From assembly GCA_050010535.1 (NCBI GenBank), contig JBEKKT010000004.1:46-64045 (forward strand): 64,000 nt of DNA. The letters are read 5' to 3'. A program made the translations under genes and the position numbers. The stretch is from Methanomassiliicoccales archaeon. Its GTDB lineage: Archaea > Thermoplasmatota > Thermoplasmata > Methanomassiliicoccales > JACIVX01. Positions within the stretch are counted from its first letter, which is position 1. Each line of letters opens with the position of its first letter. The notes beneath the pieces are model-generated. The model searched no databases. It was not told the DNA's origin and saw nothing but the letters and a program-made list of their open reading frames with translations. Of this stretch, positions 18,463 through 27,731 are shown one piece after another.

Positions 18463-18992
18463 TGCTGTCCGAGCTGATCCAATACCTTACCGACGACGAA
18501 GTCCACGAGGTCTCCCATCTCCTTCGGAGAATGATAGAAAGCCGGGCTTGCCGGTAGAATCGTGACCCCCAGTCTGCTCAGCTTTAACTCGTTCTCCAAC
18601 ATGATGGCGCTCAGGGGGGTCTCCCTGGGAACGAGGATGAGCTTCCTGCCTTCCTTCAGGGCGACGGCAGCGACCCGGGTTATGAGCCTGTCAGCGATGC
18701 CACTTGCGATCTTAGCTAGAGTGGAGTGAGAGCAAGGGACGATGACCATCGCGTCAAACAATTGGCTGCCGGACGAAATCGGGGCGAAAAGGTCGCGATC
18801 CTCGTAGATTTCATCGACCGATTTGCCGAGCTTCGCGACGCTCAGCCCGGTCTCTTGCTCCAGAATCTGCTTGCCGGTCTCCGAGACGATGAGGGCCTTC
18901 TCCCCTCTCAGCACCTCGATGAGGCGGGCGCCATACACAACACCAGAACATCCCGTGATCGCGACGACGGTCTTCACAGCACGAAGATTCAT
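18429..18992 (-). CDS. ubiX: Flavin prenyltransferase UbiX
   Basis: VVAITGCSGVVYGARL..MVIVPCSHSTLAKIASGIADRLITRVAAVALKEGRKLILVPRETPLS. TAG stop followed immediately by TGA. Confidence 0.85.
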   Translation of the reverse strand: MNLRAVKTVVAITGCSGVVYGARLIEVLRGEKALIVSETGKQILEQETGLSVAKLGKSVDEIYEDRDLFAPISSGSQLFDAMVIVPCSHSTLAKIASGIADRLITRVAAVALKEGRKLILVPRETPLSAIMLENELKLSRLGVTILPASPAFYHSPKEMGDLVDFVVGKVLDQLGQHHRLYRRWNEK

Positions 18993-19132
18993 ACTTCCCT
19001 ATATCAATCCTTTCTCGCACGTCCACACAATCATTATGTCTGCAAAACGCTTTTATATAGGCAGTCTATTAATGCCGTCGGCATTATCAGTAATCTGATG
19101 AGAACTATATGTATTTGCAGAGGTAGAATGAG

Positions 19133-19564
19133 ATGGTTACAATCTATGACGTTCCTCCTGGTGAACTGGTCGCCAACCTTGCAGGGAAGCTCAGGGATAT
19201 GGACACGATCAAGCCGCCGGAATGGGCGGATTTCGTCAAGACAGGAAGGCACACAGAGAAGGCCCCGTTCCAAGAAGGCTGGTGGTTCACGAGGGCGGCA
19301 TCAGTTCTGAGGAAGGTCTACATTGAAGGACCCATAGGGACCGAGAGGTTGGCCGCGACCTACGGCGGTTTCGCCGACAGAGGATCGAAGCCCAACAAGG
19401 CAGTCAAGGGAAGCCGGTCCGTCACGAGGAAGTGTCTGATGCAACTCGAGGCAAGCGGACTCGTCGCGAAGGACAAGAACAGGGGAAGGGTCATCACGGC
19501 TAAGGGCAGGGCAATGCTCGACAAGGTCGCAATGGATATTCATGAAGACACCAAGAAAAAATGA
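19133..19564 (+). CDS. rps19e: 30S ribosomal protein S19e
   Basis: VTIYDVPPGELVANLAGKL..PPEWADFVKTGRHTEKAP..GWWFTRAASVLRKVY. Confidence 0.9.
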   Translation: MVTIYDVPPGELVANLAGKLRDMDTIKPPEWADFVKTGRHTEKAPFQEGWWFTRAASVLRKVYIEGPIGTERLAATYGGFADRGSKPNKAVKGSRSVTRKCLMQLEASGLVAKDKNRGRVITAKGRAMLDKVAMDIHEDTKKK

Positions 19565-19579
19565 AGAGGCTGTGGAATT

Positions 19580-19906
19580 ATGGATGATGAACTGGAGGAG
19601 CTGCGTCGACGGAAGATGGCCGAGCTCCAGAGGCAACGGGAACAGCAGGCGATGGCCGAGGAGCAGTCGAAGCAAATCGAGGCGAGTCGACAGGCGATAA
19701 TGCGCCAGATACTCACCCCGGAGGCGAGAGAGCGCCTCGGGACGGTCAGGATAGCCTACCCCGATTTGGCGAAGGCGGTCGAGGACCAGCTCATCAGGCT
19801 GGCGCAGTCTGGAAGGATCGACCGACAGGTGGACGATGCCACCCTGAGGCAGATCCTAAGAAAAGTGGCACCGCAGAAGAGAGAGATCAATATCGAGAGG
19901 AAATGA
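19580..19906 (+). CDS. PDCD5/TFAR19-like dsDNA-binding protein
   Basis: [55 protein letters not shown]. It sits in the conserved position between S19e and L39e. Confidence 0.8.
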   Translation: MDDELEELRRRKMAELQRQREQQAMAEEQSKQIEASRQAIMRQILTPEARERLGTVRIAYPDLAKAVEDQLIRLAQSGRIDRQVDDATLRQILRKVAPQKREINIERK

Positions 19907-19908
19907 CT

Positions 19909-20064
19909 ATGACGAGGAACAAGCCGAGTGCTATGAAGATACGACTCATGAAAGCGGTCAAGCAGAACCGGAGGGTCCCGGCCTGGGTCATGCTCAGAAC
20001 GAACAGGAACTTCCTCCGCCACCCTAAGAGAAGGAGCTGGAGGAGCAGCAGACTGAGGAGATAG
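19909..20064 (+). CDS. rpl39e: 50S ribosomal protein L39e
   Basis: 51-aa ORF below the ORF-track cutoff: [54 protein letters not shown] stop. Confidence 0.85.
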   Translation: MTRNKPSAMKIRLMKAVKQNRRVPAWVMLRTNRNFLRHPKRRSWRSSRLRR

Positions 20065-20072
20065 GCGATATC

Positions 20073-20336
20073 ATGGCTGAAGAGGAGAGTATTTTCAACA
20101 TCCCTCTGAGGGAGGCGAGGAAGGCGCCTAGGACGGAGAGGGCTGAGAGGGCGATTGTCGCGGTCAGAGCATACGCCGTCAGGCATCTCAAGGCAAAAGA
20201 AGAGGACGTTTGGATCGACGGCCGACTTAACGAGGCGATCTGGAGCAAGGGGATTCGGAACGCGCCATCGATCATCAGGGTGAAGGCAGTCAAGTTCGAG
20301 GACGGACTTGTCGAGCTCTCGCTTCCTGAGAAGTGA
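20073..20336 (+). CDS. rpl31e: 50S ribosomal protein L31e
   Basis: IFNIPLREARKAPRTERAERAIVAVRAYAVRHLK..VWIDGRLNEAIWSKGIRNAPSIIRV. Confidence 0.85.
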   Translation: MAEEESIFNIPLREARKAPRTERAERAIVAVRAYAVRHLKAKEEDVWIDGRLNEAIWSKGIRNAPSIIRVKAVKFEDGLVELSLPEK

Positions 20337-20354
20337 TCGACCGGTGCTTCATTC

Positions 20355-21014
20355 ATGATGAGACTCTCCAGTTACGACGGGAATCCTTACATAGGCGTGT
20401 ATTGCACCGCGAACGAGAACATTTCTTTCATACCCGTTGGTTCCTCCAAGGCCTTGATAATGGACGTCGAGGAAGCCCTTGAAGTGGAATCGGTGAAGTG
20501 TACTATCGCTAGCACGAACCTCCTCGGTGCGTTGCTAGCAATGAATTCCTACGGGGCCGTCATCACAAGCATGCCCTCGAAGGAGGAAACGGAGCTGATA
20601 GCGAGCCGATTGCCCGTCTACGTAATCGAGGACAGATTGAATGCGTCGGGCAACAACATACTGGTGAACGACAACGGAGCGCTGGTCAACCCCGATATCG
20701 GCAGGAAGACGCTGAGAAAAATCGAGAAGGTCCTTCAGGTCGAGGTCGTGCAGGGCAGCGTCGCCGGTCACAAGACCATAGGATCGGTCTGTGCAGCGAC
20801 GAACAAAGGGGTTCTCTGTCATCCCGCCACTAGCGAACAGGAACTCGAGATGTTAAGATCAGTGATGAAGGTCCCGACCGCGATTGGCACGCTCAACTAC
20901 GGAGCTCCTCTGGTCGGTGCCTGCATGGTTGCTAATTCGAAAGGCGCTGCGGTGGGGTTCAAGAGCACGCCGATAGAACTGGGAAGGGTAGAGGACAGCC
21001 TGGGGCTGATCTAA
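20355..21014 (+). CDS. eif6: Translation initiation factor 6 (aIF6)
   Basis: 219 aa with pentein-repeat sequence (GNPYIGVYCTANENISFIP..GNNILVNDNGALVNP..). Follows L31e as in many archaea. Confidence 0.9.
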   Translation: MMRLSSYDGNPYIGVYCTANENISFIPVGSSKALIMDVEEALEVESVKCTIASTNLLGALLAMNSYGAVITSMPSKEETELIASRLPVYVIEDRLNASGNNILVNDNGALVNPDIGRKTLRKIEKVLQVEVVQGSVAGHKTIGSVCAATNKGVLCHPATSEQELEMLRSVMKVPTAIGTLNYGAPLVGACMVANSKGAAVGFKSTPIELGRVEDSLGLI

Positions 21015-21075
21015 GACTCGCTGTTCTGGCTGTGGATTTTGGGTAACGATACTTCAGCCGTTTAGCAGAATGGCT

Positions 21076-21711
21076 TCACGGAGAGAAAACCCAGTATTCC
21101 GTCTCCGACGGCAGCTCCTCCGGGACGAAGTCGACCTCGTTCCCCACCCTTAGGACCTTGCTCTTAGAAAGACCCTCGAGGAACTGGTCGGCGGTCTGTA
21201 TCGAGAGAGACAAGCCTCCGACCCTGAAGTGCATCGGGACCGCTATCTTCGGTTTCAGCTGATTCACCATCTTCCGCGCCTGCGTACCATCTATCGTGAA
21301 GACACCGCCGACTGGCACGAATATGACATCGACTGGCGAGAGCTCCTTCAATTGCTTGGCACTCAGCATGTGACCGACGTCCCCACAATGGCAGAACCTA
21401 ACCCCTTCCATCTCGAACTTGAAGATGATGTTCCTGCCGCGCTTGCCCCCCTCCTTGTCGTCGTGGAATGTCGGAAGGCCGAGAATCTTCACTCCTTTCT
21501 CAGTACGCTCTCCCGGCTCCTTTACCGTCACGAAGTCTCCCTTAACAACTCTCGAGCAATTGTGGTCGAAATGATCGTGACTGATTAGCAGCACATCCGC
21601 CTTCACGACAGGCGTCCTAATCCCTATAGACTTCCCGTCGTGCGGATCCATTATGACCGTGACGTTGTTCTTCACTTCGAAGCACGAATGGCCGTGCCAC
21701 ACAACCTTCAT
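21076..21711 (-). CDS. Metallo-beta-lactamase-fold metal-dependent hydrolase (UPF0173-like)
   Basis: MKVVWHGHSCFEV..VIMDPHDG..ADVLLISHDHFDHN..CHCGDVGH. Start taken at the ATG giving MKVVWHGHS. Confidence 0.75.
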   Translation of the reverse strand: MKVVWHGHSCFEVKNNVTVIMDPHDGKSIGIRTPVVKADVLLISHDHFDHNCSRVVKGDFVTVKEPGERTEKGVKILGLPTFHDDKEGGKRGRNIIFKFEMEGVRFCHCGDVGHMLSAKQLKELSPVDVIFVPVGGVFTIDGTQARKMVNQLKPKIAVPMHFRVGGLSLSIQTADQFLEGLSKSKVLRVGNEVDFVPEELPSETEYWVFSP

Positions 21712-21735
21712 ACGATCACCCGGCTGATGCATCGA

Positions 21736-21852
21736 CTAGCCCTTTTCCTTTTCGAACTCCACCCCGCAGTTGGGGCAGTGGCCATCGCCCACGGAGACCA
21801 CTTCGTTGCACAAGGGGCAGATGAAAATCTAGACGCTCTTGTCCCTCCACAT
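21736..21852 (-). other. Small Zn-ribbon coding-like segment whose only upstream start lies before an in-frame TAG
   Basis: ATG-WRDKSV-TAG(21829-21831)-IFICPLCNEVVSVGDGHCPNCGVEFEKEKG-TAG. There is no ATG, GTG or TTG between the internal TAG and the first CxxC. Confidence 0.3.
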
Positions 21853-21861
21853 GACCTTGGG

Positions 21862-22743
21862 CTAGACAGCTTCATGCCCCGGACCCTCCTTCGGCCCAGT
21901 CGAATGCTTCCATACGTCATACAGACTGCCGCATCCGATCGTCACTAGTATCGCCCCAGCGATTGACACAGTCCATCCTATAGTCCAACTCACCGGTTGG
22001 AGAACCGAGAAGAGAAGGATCCCGACATAAGCAGCCGCGCCGGACGCCAATACCGCGGCCGGGACGGCTGCCGTCCTTAGGTCGGGGCCCGCTGCGGTCG
22101 CCTCCGGAATCGCCTCCTTTTCAACGACCTTCTCGTCCTTCGAGATGGCGGTGGGCACCTCCGGGACATCAGGCGCTATCTCCTCTGGAACCTCCAGAGG
22201 CACCGGCTCTTCTGGCTCCTTGATCGCTCCGACACCGACCTCTTCTATCATGGACTCCACGAACTCTGCGACCTCGGCACTTTCCGCCTCTGCCTTGGCC
22301 GTTGGCGGCTCGGACTCCGAAACCGGCTCGGGCACGTGGTCTGGCTCCGGTCTGGAAACCTCTTTCGGCGGAGCTTCTAGTAACTCCCTTCTTTCCTCTG
22401 GTGTCGGGAGAGTCCATATCGGTCGGTTGGGTGAGATCGGCTCGCTCGCAGACATGAACGGAAGGTCCTTCTCGCCGACGAAGTCATCGACAGAGATCTC
22501 ATTCGGCTTGATGATTGTCGCCTCGATTCTCTTAGAAAGCTCCTCATCGACGGAGACCGTGTTCTCGCCAGTGCCGATCTTCTCTAGTGCTTTGATTTGG
22601 TCTATCCACTCGTCTTGTGATTCCTCGAACTGCCATCCGCAGAAGTCGCACTGCGCAACGGATGGTTTGTTGCGGAGTCCGCATCTAGGGCACTCCTTAC
22701 GTCCAGACCGTTTCTCCATCCTCCTTGACGATTGCCATTCCAT
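21862..22743 (-). CDS. Hypothetical Zn-ribbon protein with acidic/Pro-rich linker and C-terminal TM helices
   Basis: N-terminal CPRCG..x..CDFCG, a long E/P-rich low-complexity middle, and two hydrophobic helices near the C-terminus. TAG stop. Confidence 0.55.
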   Translation of the reverse strand: MEWQSSRRMEKRSGRKECPRCGLRNKPSVAQCDFCGWQFEESQDEWIDQIKALEKIGTGENTVSVDEELSKRIEATIIKPNEISVDDFVGEKDLPFMSASEPISPNRPIWTLPTPEERRELLEAPPKEVSRPEPDHVPEPVSESEPPTAKAEAESAEVAEFVESMIEEVGVGAIKEPEEPVPLEVPEEIAPDVPEVPTAISKDEKVVEKEAIPEATAAGPDLRTAAVPAAVLASGAAAYVGILLFSVLQPVSWTIGWTVSIAGAILVTIGCGSLYDVWKHSTGPKEGPGHEAV

Positions 22744-22994
22744 CTTATAATCCTTTTTACCTTGATCTCATTGACTGAATCTGAAAGACTCTCCCACTTG
22801 CAGCCATTGCTTCGATAGGGAGTGAACATTGCTGGCATCTTCTGGTATCAGGTTCCATGCGGCAGGTCGCCCGAGAGTCTCAAAACTCGGTCAGTTGCCT
22901 TCGAATCTCTCGGAATCGAGCGAATGCCATCAATCTCAATGTCGAAGCAGTTGAGCACAAAATACTAATATGTTGAAACTGGATTGAGAACCAG

Positions 22995-24143
22995 ATGAAG
23001 ATACTGGTTCTCTGCGTCGACCGCGACGACGATTTCGGGGTGAAGACTGGGTTGAACAGTCCGTTCATCGGAAGAGAGGAGAACCTCAAAGCCGCGCTCG
23101 CCTTGGGACTAACGGACTCAGAGGACTCGGACACGAACACTCTGCTCGCTTCTATAAGCATCTACGATGAAATGCTCAAGAGCAGCATGGACGCGGAGAT
23201 CGCGACCATCTGCGGGGACGTCAAGGTCGGATATGAGTCCGACTTGGTGCTGGCGACGCAGTTAGAAAATGTTCTCGAAATGCTGAAGCCGGACAGGGTC
23301 ATCCTCGTCAGCGACGGGGCCGAGGACGAGTTCATCTACCCAATGGTCTCCTCGCGCGTGAAAATCGATTCTGTGAGGAGGGTGTTCGTGAAGCAGGCGC
23401 CCACGGTCGAGGGCACCTACTACATCCTCATGAAGATGCTCCGGGACGACAAGATAAGGAAGAGGCTGTTCACACCGATTGGACTCGTGCTTGCCGTGTT
23501 TGGATTGTTTTCGCTAGCACCCAAGATCATCCAGCTCTCCAATACAATGGATATCGCCGTCGTCTCGGAGATGGCTGTCGGATCCATATCACTGGTTCTC
23601 GGATTGTATCTCCTCATCTTCGCATACAAGGTCGTCGAAAGGTCTCGAGAGTTCGCCCGCAAAGCTGGAAGGGCGGTCCGCTCCGGAAGCCAGATGATCC
23701 CATTTGCGATCCTATCGATTGTGCTCATCTTCTTGGGCATAGTGTATGGACTGGACGCTGCCGGAACCGATCCTCAGGCGGGCCTGCTCATTCAGACGCT
23801 GCTCTTTTTCAGCGGAGCGGTGTGGGCATGGGTGTTCGCACTGATCTCGTACCAGACGGGCCGTCTCGTGAACTACTTCCTTTCGCAGGGCAAGATATAT
23901 TCGAGCTACCTGGTAGTCTCAGTGACCGTCTTCGCTATTGGATTCATAATCCAAGGGGCGCTGGATGCCAGTCAGTTCTTTCTCGGATACGGCATCTTCA
24001 AAGTAGTGATGATCGTGCTCGAAGTTGTTGCAGGATTCCTGCTCGCCGTATTCGGCGGGCTGCTTAGCGCGTCGATGCGGTCTACCGCACTAGGTGCTAG
24101 TGAATCATTGGATAAGGCCGATACGACTGAATCCGTCGACTAG
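22995..24143 (+). CDS. DUF373-family archaeal membrane protein
   Basis: MKILVLCVDRDDDFGVKTG..ATICGD..VILVSDGAEDEF soluble N-domain followed by multiple TM helices, as I recall for DUF373. Confidence 0.65.
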   Translation: MKILVLCVDRDDDFGVKTGLNSPFIGREENLKAALALGLTDSEDSDTNTLLASISIYDEMLKSSMDAEIATICGDVKVGYESDLVLATQLENVLEMLKPDRVILVSDGAEDEFIYPMVSSRVKIDSVRRVFVKQAPTVEGTYYILMKMLRDDKIRKRLFTPIGLVLAVFGLFSLAPKIIQLSNTMDIAVVSEMAVGSISLVLGLYLLIFAYKVVERSREFARKAGRAVRSGSQMIPFAILSIVLIFLGIVYGLDAAGTDPQAGLLIQTLLFFSGAVWAWVFALISYQTGRLVNYFLSQGKIYSSYLVVSVTVFAIGFIIQGALDASQFFLGYGIFKVVMIVLEVVAGFLLAVFGGLLSASMRSTALGASESLDKADTTESVD

Positions 24144-24151
24144 GTGGAACG

Positions 24152-24817
24152 GTGAAATATCCAGATTGGGAAGCGATCTATTGCAGGATACTGGACGACT
24201 TCGGCTACTCGAGGACGGAAGACGAGTACTCCGCTCGCGTGCTTGCAACGCTAGTAAGTGGAAGGAGAGTCTGCGGCCCCGAGTGTCTTAATGAAATAAT
24301 CGGGCGAACCGTGACCGTATACGGTTTCGGGCCGAACCTCGAAAAGGAGATGGATGAGGTCGAGCCATCAGGCACGATAGTTTCGGCGGACGGCGCGACT
24401 ACGGAATTAATCAAGAGAGGAATTATCCCTGACATAGTGGCGACAGACTTGGACGGAGACATCGATGCGCAGATCGCTGCAAACATCAAGGGGGCTGTCG
24501 CCGTGATTCACGCGCACGGGGATAATCTGAATCGGATAAAAGAGTTCGTCCCCTTTTTCCCCGGCAGAATTACGCCAACTACGCAATCGAAACCGTTTGA
24601 CAGGGTCTACAACTTCGGAGGCTTCACCGACGGGGACAGAGCTGTAATGTTGGCCAGGCATTTCGGGGCGAACAGGATCTTTCTGATCGGATTCGATTTC
24701 ACAACAGCGAGGACGCAGACGGGTAAGAACGCTATCGTCAAGGCGAAGAAGCTCGAATGGGCACGAAAGCTCATTTATGATATGAATCCGCCCAGAGTCG
24801 CACTGTCGACACCTTAA
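24152..24817 (+). CDS. mptE: 6-hydroxymethyl-7,8-dihydropterin pyrophosphokinase, MptE-like (DUF115)
   Basis: VTVYGFGPNL..IVSADGATTELIKRGIIPDIVATDLDGD..VIHAHGDNL..GGFTDGDRAVMLA..IFLIGFDF. GTG start. Confidence 0.7.
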   Translation: MKYPDWEAIYCRILDDFGYSRTEDEYSARVLATLVSGRRVCGPECLNEIIGRTVTVYGFGPNLEKEMDEVEPSGTIVSADGATTELIKRGIIPDIVATDLDGDIDAQIAANIKGAVAVIHAHGDNLNRIKEFVPFFPGRITPTTQSKPFDRVYNFGGFTDGDRAVMLARHFGANRIFLIGFDFTTARTQTGKNAIVKAKKLEWARKLIYDMNPPRVALSTP

Positions 24818-25055
24818 TCAGGCCGCGAAAGGGAGGCCGTCGTTGAGTATTGAGTTTCCGATGCAGAATTACCAACGGGCCTGATGCGAATCATGTTGTT
24901 CAATAGCCGTATGTTAACGTTTTTTATGAACTCTTTTACCATATGGTATTCAGGCATGTTGTTGAATTCTCAAAACCTATTTATAGCAACAAACTCTTAC
25001 CAAAGACCCAGTCTCCCAGTTTTGAATTAGTTTTAGGGAGAAGGAGGAAAGAAAA

Positions 25056-27521
25056 ATGGAAGGTGAAGGCAAAGAACTCCCTAAGGAGGAGGGCGGCAAG
25101 AGATCGATGACGAAAATAATTGCAGCGATTATTGTTATTATCCTCGTTGTCGCTGCCATCGGCGCCGCCGTTGTCCTGATGGGGGGTAAGAAGGCGGAGC
25201 ACGTGGCTCCTACGGCGAGCTTCTCCGTCGGTAAAGAAGTGGTCAACACGACCACACCAGTGACTTTCGATGCGACAGGAAGTGCCGCAGCTTCGGACGC
25301 AACCATAGTGAACTACACCTGGCAATTTGGTGATGGCGTCGAGCAAGTGTCGACATCTGCCCAGATTACGCACACCTATGCATACCCAGGCAAGTACGTC
25401 ACGATCCTGACTGTCACAGACAGCAAAAATGCAGCGACGACAACCTGGAGTTCACCGGTCCGCGTTGAAGTGCTGAATCCAGTTCCCGCGGAAACGGTCA
25501 CGGCGGCGACGGCCAACAGCACGTTGCCCTTTGCCCTTGTCGGAGCGAGTGCAGATGTGATCCAGAATGGAACGCTTCTGAGCTTCAATGCGAAGTCTTC
25601 TGGTGCATACGCCACTATCCAAAACAAGACCGGAAAATGGGTTGTGGTGGATTTCGGGATTCAGCAGGTCAAGAACGTGGAATGGCACTTCGGGGACGGA
25701 TCAGCCATAGTCTCTGGCAACACAACTGTGGCAGGAGCTGAGAACCACACATACGAGGGCGATGGAAACGTCTATGCCTCATATGCTGTCGTCACTAGCA
25801 GCCAAAACACAATGCAGCGTTACTACAACACCGTCGTTGTTCTGCCAGTTGGGCAGGCGGCTGGTGGTGGAGCGAAGAATCCCGACACTTTCACGACCGC
25901 TGAGTTCGGCGAACCCCAATCCTTGGACCCGGCCTGGGACTACGAGTCTTCGGGTGGCGAGATAATCCAGAATGTCTACGAGACGCTGGTATGGTACAAT
26001 GGATCGAGTTCAAGCGTCCTGATGCCGATGCTGGCTACTGAAGTTCCAACTGTGGCAAACGGTGGCATTTCCCCGGACTTCATGAACTACACGTATCATA
26101 TTCGCCCGAACGTTAAATTCCAGACCGGTGAGACAATGACCGGAGCGGATGTCGTGTATTCCCTGAAGCGCGTTCTCATCATGAATGATGCTCGGGGTCC
26201 AGCGTGGATGCTGGGTCAATTCATGATTCCGGGTTTCAAGGCTGGAGTGGCGCTCAAGATGTCTGATATCAATGCGTCAATCGAACTCGTAGACCCGATG
26301 ACCGTGACCATACATCTGCTGATGCCAATGCCCGCGTTCAACTACATCATGGCCTACACGGTGGGTTCGGTTGTCTCTAAGGCCTACGTCGAAGCGCACG
26401 GTGGAGTCAGTGCACCTCCCAATCAAGAGAACTCTTTCATGGACAGAAACATGGACGGAACTGGGCCGTTCTCGCTGCTGAGATGGGCTCCTAACCAAGA
26501 CATCGTGATGGTCAGGAATGACAACTACTGGCGCGCAGAGCCAAAACTGAAGTACGTGATCATCAAGAAGGTACAAGACGTTGGAACAAGGCTGCTCTAC
26601 ATCAAGTCTGGTCAAGTCGATTCGGTAATGTATCCAGTTGCGCAGAGGTCCGACGTTGCCAGCAACCCAGATATCACGCTGTATGAAAAGTTGCCGACGC
26701 TATCGGTTACCTTCATCGTCATGACCTTTAACATTACGAAGAGCACCCTATCGATCGGCGACATTCCGCTGACGTTCTTCAGCGATGTGAACGTGAGGAA
26801 GGCCTTCTGTAACGCGTTCAATTACAAGGAGTTCATAGATAAGGTCACATTGGGAACTGGTTTGAGAGCTAATAGTCCGATTGTCCAGGGTCTGCTCGGA
26901 TACGATCCGAACATCCCACTATACAACTATAACCTGACCCAGGCAGCGGCTTATCTGAAACTGGCTCAAGACCCGAGAAACCCTGGCAAGACCTACGCGC
27001 AGACAGGTTTCCACATGACGCTCTACTACAACGCTGGCAACACCGCACGACAGACAGCTTGCCTTATGATGGAGGACGCGTTCACGTTGATGAGCAACAA
27101 TGCGACCCTAGGCACGACTGGAGCCAACTTTGTCATCACAGTGCAGCCTCTTGACTGGCCGACTTTCTTGAACGCGAGAGAGAACGATCAACTACCAGCC
27201 TTCTACATCGGTTGGCTTGCAGACTACCCTGATCCTGATGACTTTGCCAACCCATGCCTGGCCACGGGTGGAGCGTTCCCCTATTACTCTGGATTAGACA
27301 ACGCTACACTCACTGCGATGATTCATGCAGCAGCGCTGGAGACCAACAACACTATACGAGCTCAAATGTACCACAACATCTCGATGTCGCAGTACAACAA
27401 CGCGTACTATATCCTCACAGCTCAGCCAACTGCTTTCTATGTGTTCCGGACTTGGGTGAACGGGTTCATCTACAACATGATGTATTCGCTCTACTATTAC
27501 TACCCGATGTCGAAGGGCTAG
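25056..27521 (+). CDS. ABC transporter substrate-binding protein (family 5, peptide/nickel type) with N-terminal TM anchor and PKD-like domains
   Basis: TM helix IIAAIIVIILVVAAIGAAVVL. PKD-like repeats (VTFDATGS..YTWQFGDG..HTYAYPGKYVTILTVTD; VEWHFGDGS..HTY). Then an SBP_bac_5-like body (TAEFGEPQSLDPAWDYESSGGEIIQNVYETLV). Confidence 0.85.
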   Translation: MEGEGKELPKEEGGKRSMTKIIAAIIVIILVVAAIGAAVVLMGGKKAEHVAPTASFSVGKEVVNTTTPVTFDATGSAAASDATIVNYTWQFGDGVEQVSTSAQITHTYAYPGKYVTILTVTDSKNAATTTWSSPVRVEVLNPVPAETVTAATANSTLPFALVGASADVIQNGTLLSFNAKSSGAYATIQNKTGKWVVVDFGIQQVKNVEWHFGDGSAIVSGNTTVAGAENHTYEGDGNVYASYAVVTSSQNTMQRYYNTVVVLPVGQAAGGGAKNPDTFTTAEFGEPQSLDPAWDYESSGGEIIQNVYETLVWYNGSSSSVLMPMLATEVPTVANGGISPDFMNYTYHIRPNVKFQTGETMTGADVVYSLKRVLIMNDARGPAWMLGQFMIPGFKAGVALKMSDINASIELVDPMTVTIHLLMPMPAFNYIMAYTVGSVVSKAYVEAHGGVSAPPNQENSFMDRNMDGTGPFSLLRWAPNQDIVMVRNDNYWRAEPKLKYVIIKKVQDVGTRLLYIKSGQVDSVMYPVAQRSDVASNPDITLYEKLPTLSVTFIVMTFNITKSTLSIGDIPLTFFSDVNVRKAFCNAFNYKEFIDKVTLGTGLRANSPIVQGLLGYDPNIPLYNYNLTQAAAYLKLAQDPRNPGKTYAQTGFHMTLYYNAGNTARQTACLMMEDAFTLMSNNATLGTTGANFVITVQPLDWPTFLNARENDQLPAFYIGWLADYPDPDDFANPCLATGGAFPYYSGLDNATLTAMIHAAALETNNTIRAQMYHNISMSQYNNAYYILTAQPTAFYVFRTWVNGFIYNMMYSLYYYYPMSKG

Positions 27522-27536
27522 TGGATATACCAAACC

Positions 27537-27587
27537 TTTTCCCATTTTCTATATTTCTGTTTGTTTTGAGCGAGCTATTTTCATTTT
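27537..27587 (+). terminator. T-rich tract downstream of the SBP gene (candidate archaeal terminator/attenuator)
   Basis: Five oligo-T runs (TTTT, TTTT, TTT, TTGTTTT, TTTTCATTTT) directly after the TAG stop. Confidence 0.35.
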
Positions 27588-27646
27588 CAGTTGGACCTGA
27601 AACGGTCTATTGATCCAGGACTACCTCTCAGGATAAGCAAAAACTC

Positions 27647-27654
27647 TTTTATAG
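27647..27654 (+). promoter_or_regulatory. TATA-like box, possible internal promoter for the permease/ATPase genes
   Basis: TTTTATAG lies about 40 nt upstream of GTG 27691 and follows the T-rich tract. Confidence 0.35.
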
Positions 27655-27731
27655 CGTGATACTGTTCCTCGGAGTCAGTTTGGAGACGGGGTGACCAGGC
27701 TCTGAAGCTGAGGACCTTCATTATCAGACGA

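Noticed and set aside
19909-20064. The idea that TAG is globally reassigned as a sense codon in this organism.
   Set aside because: L39e ends at TAG at exactly the family-typical length (51 aa). UbiX has TAG followed directly by TGA. About a fifth of confident genes in the window stop at TAG. Only local read-through or decay is kept as a hypothesis.
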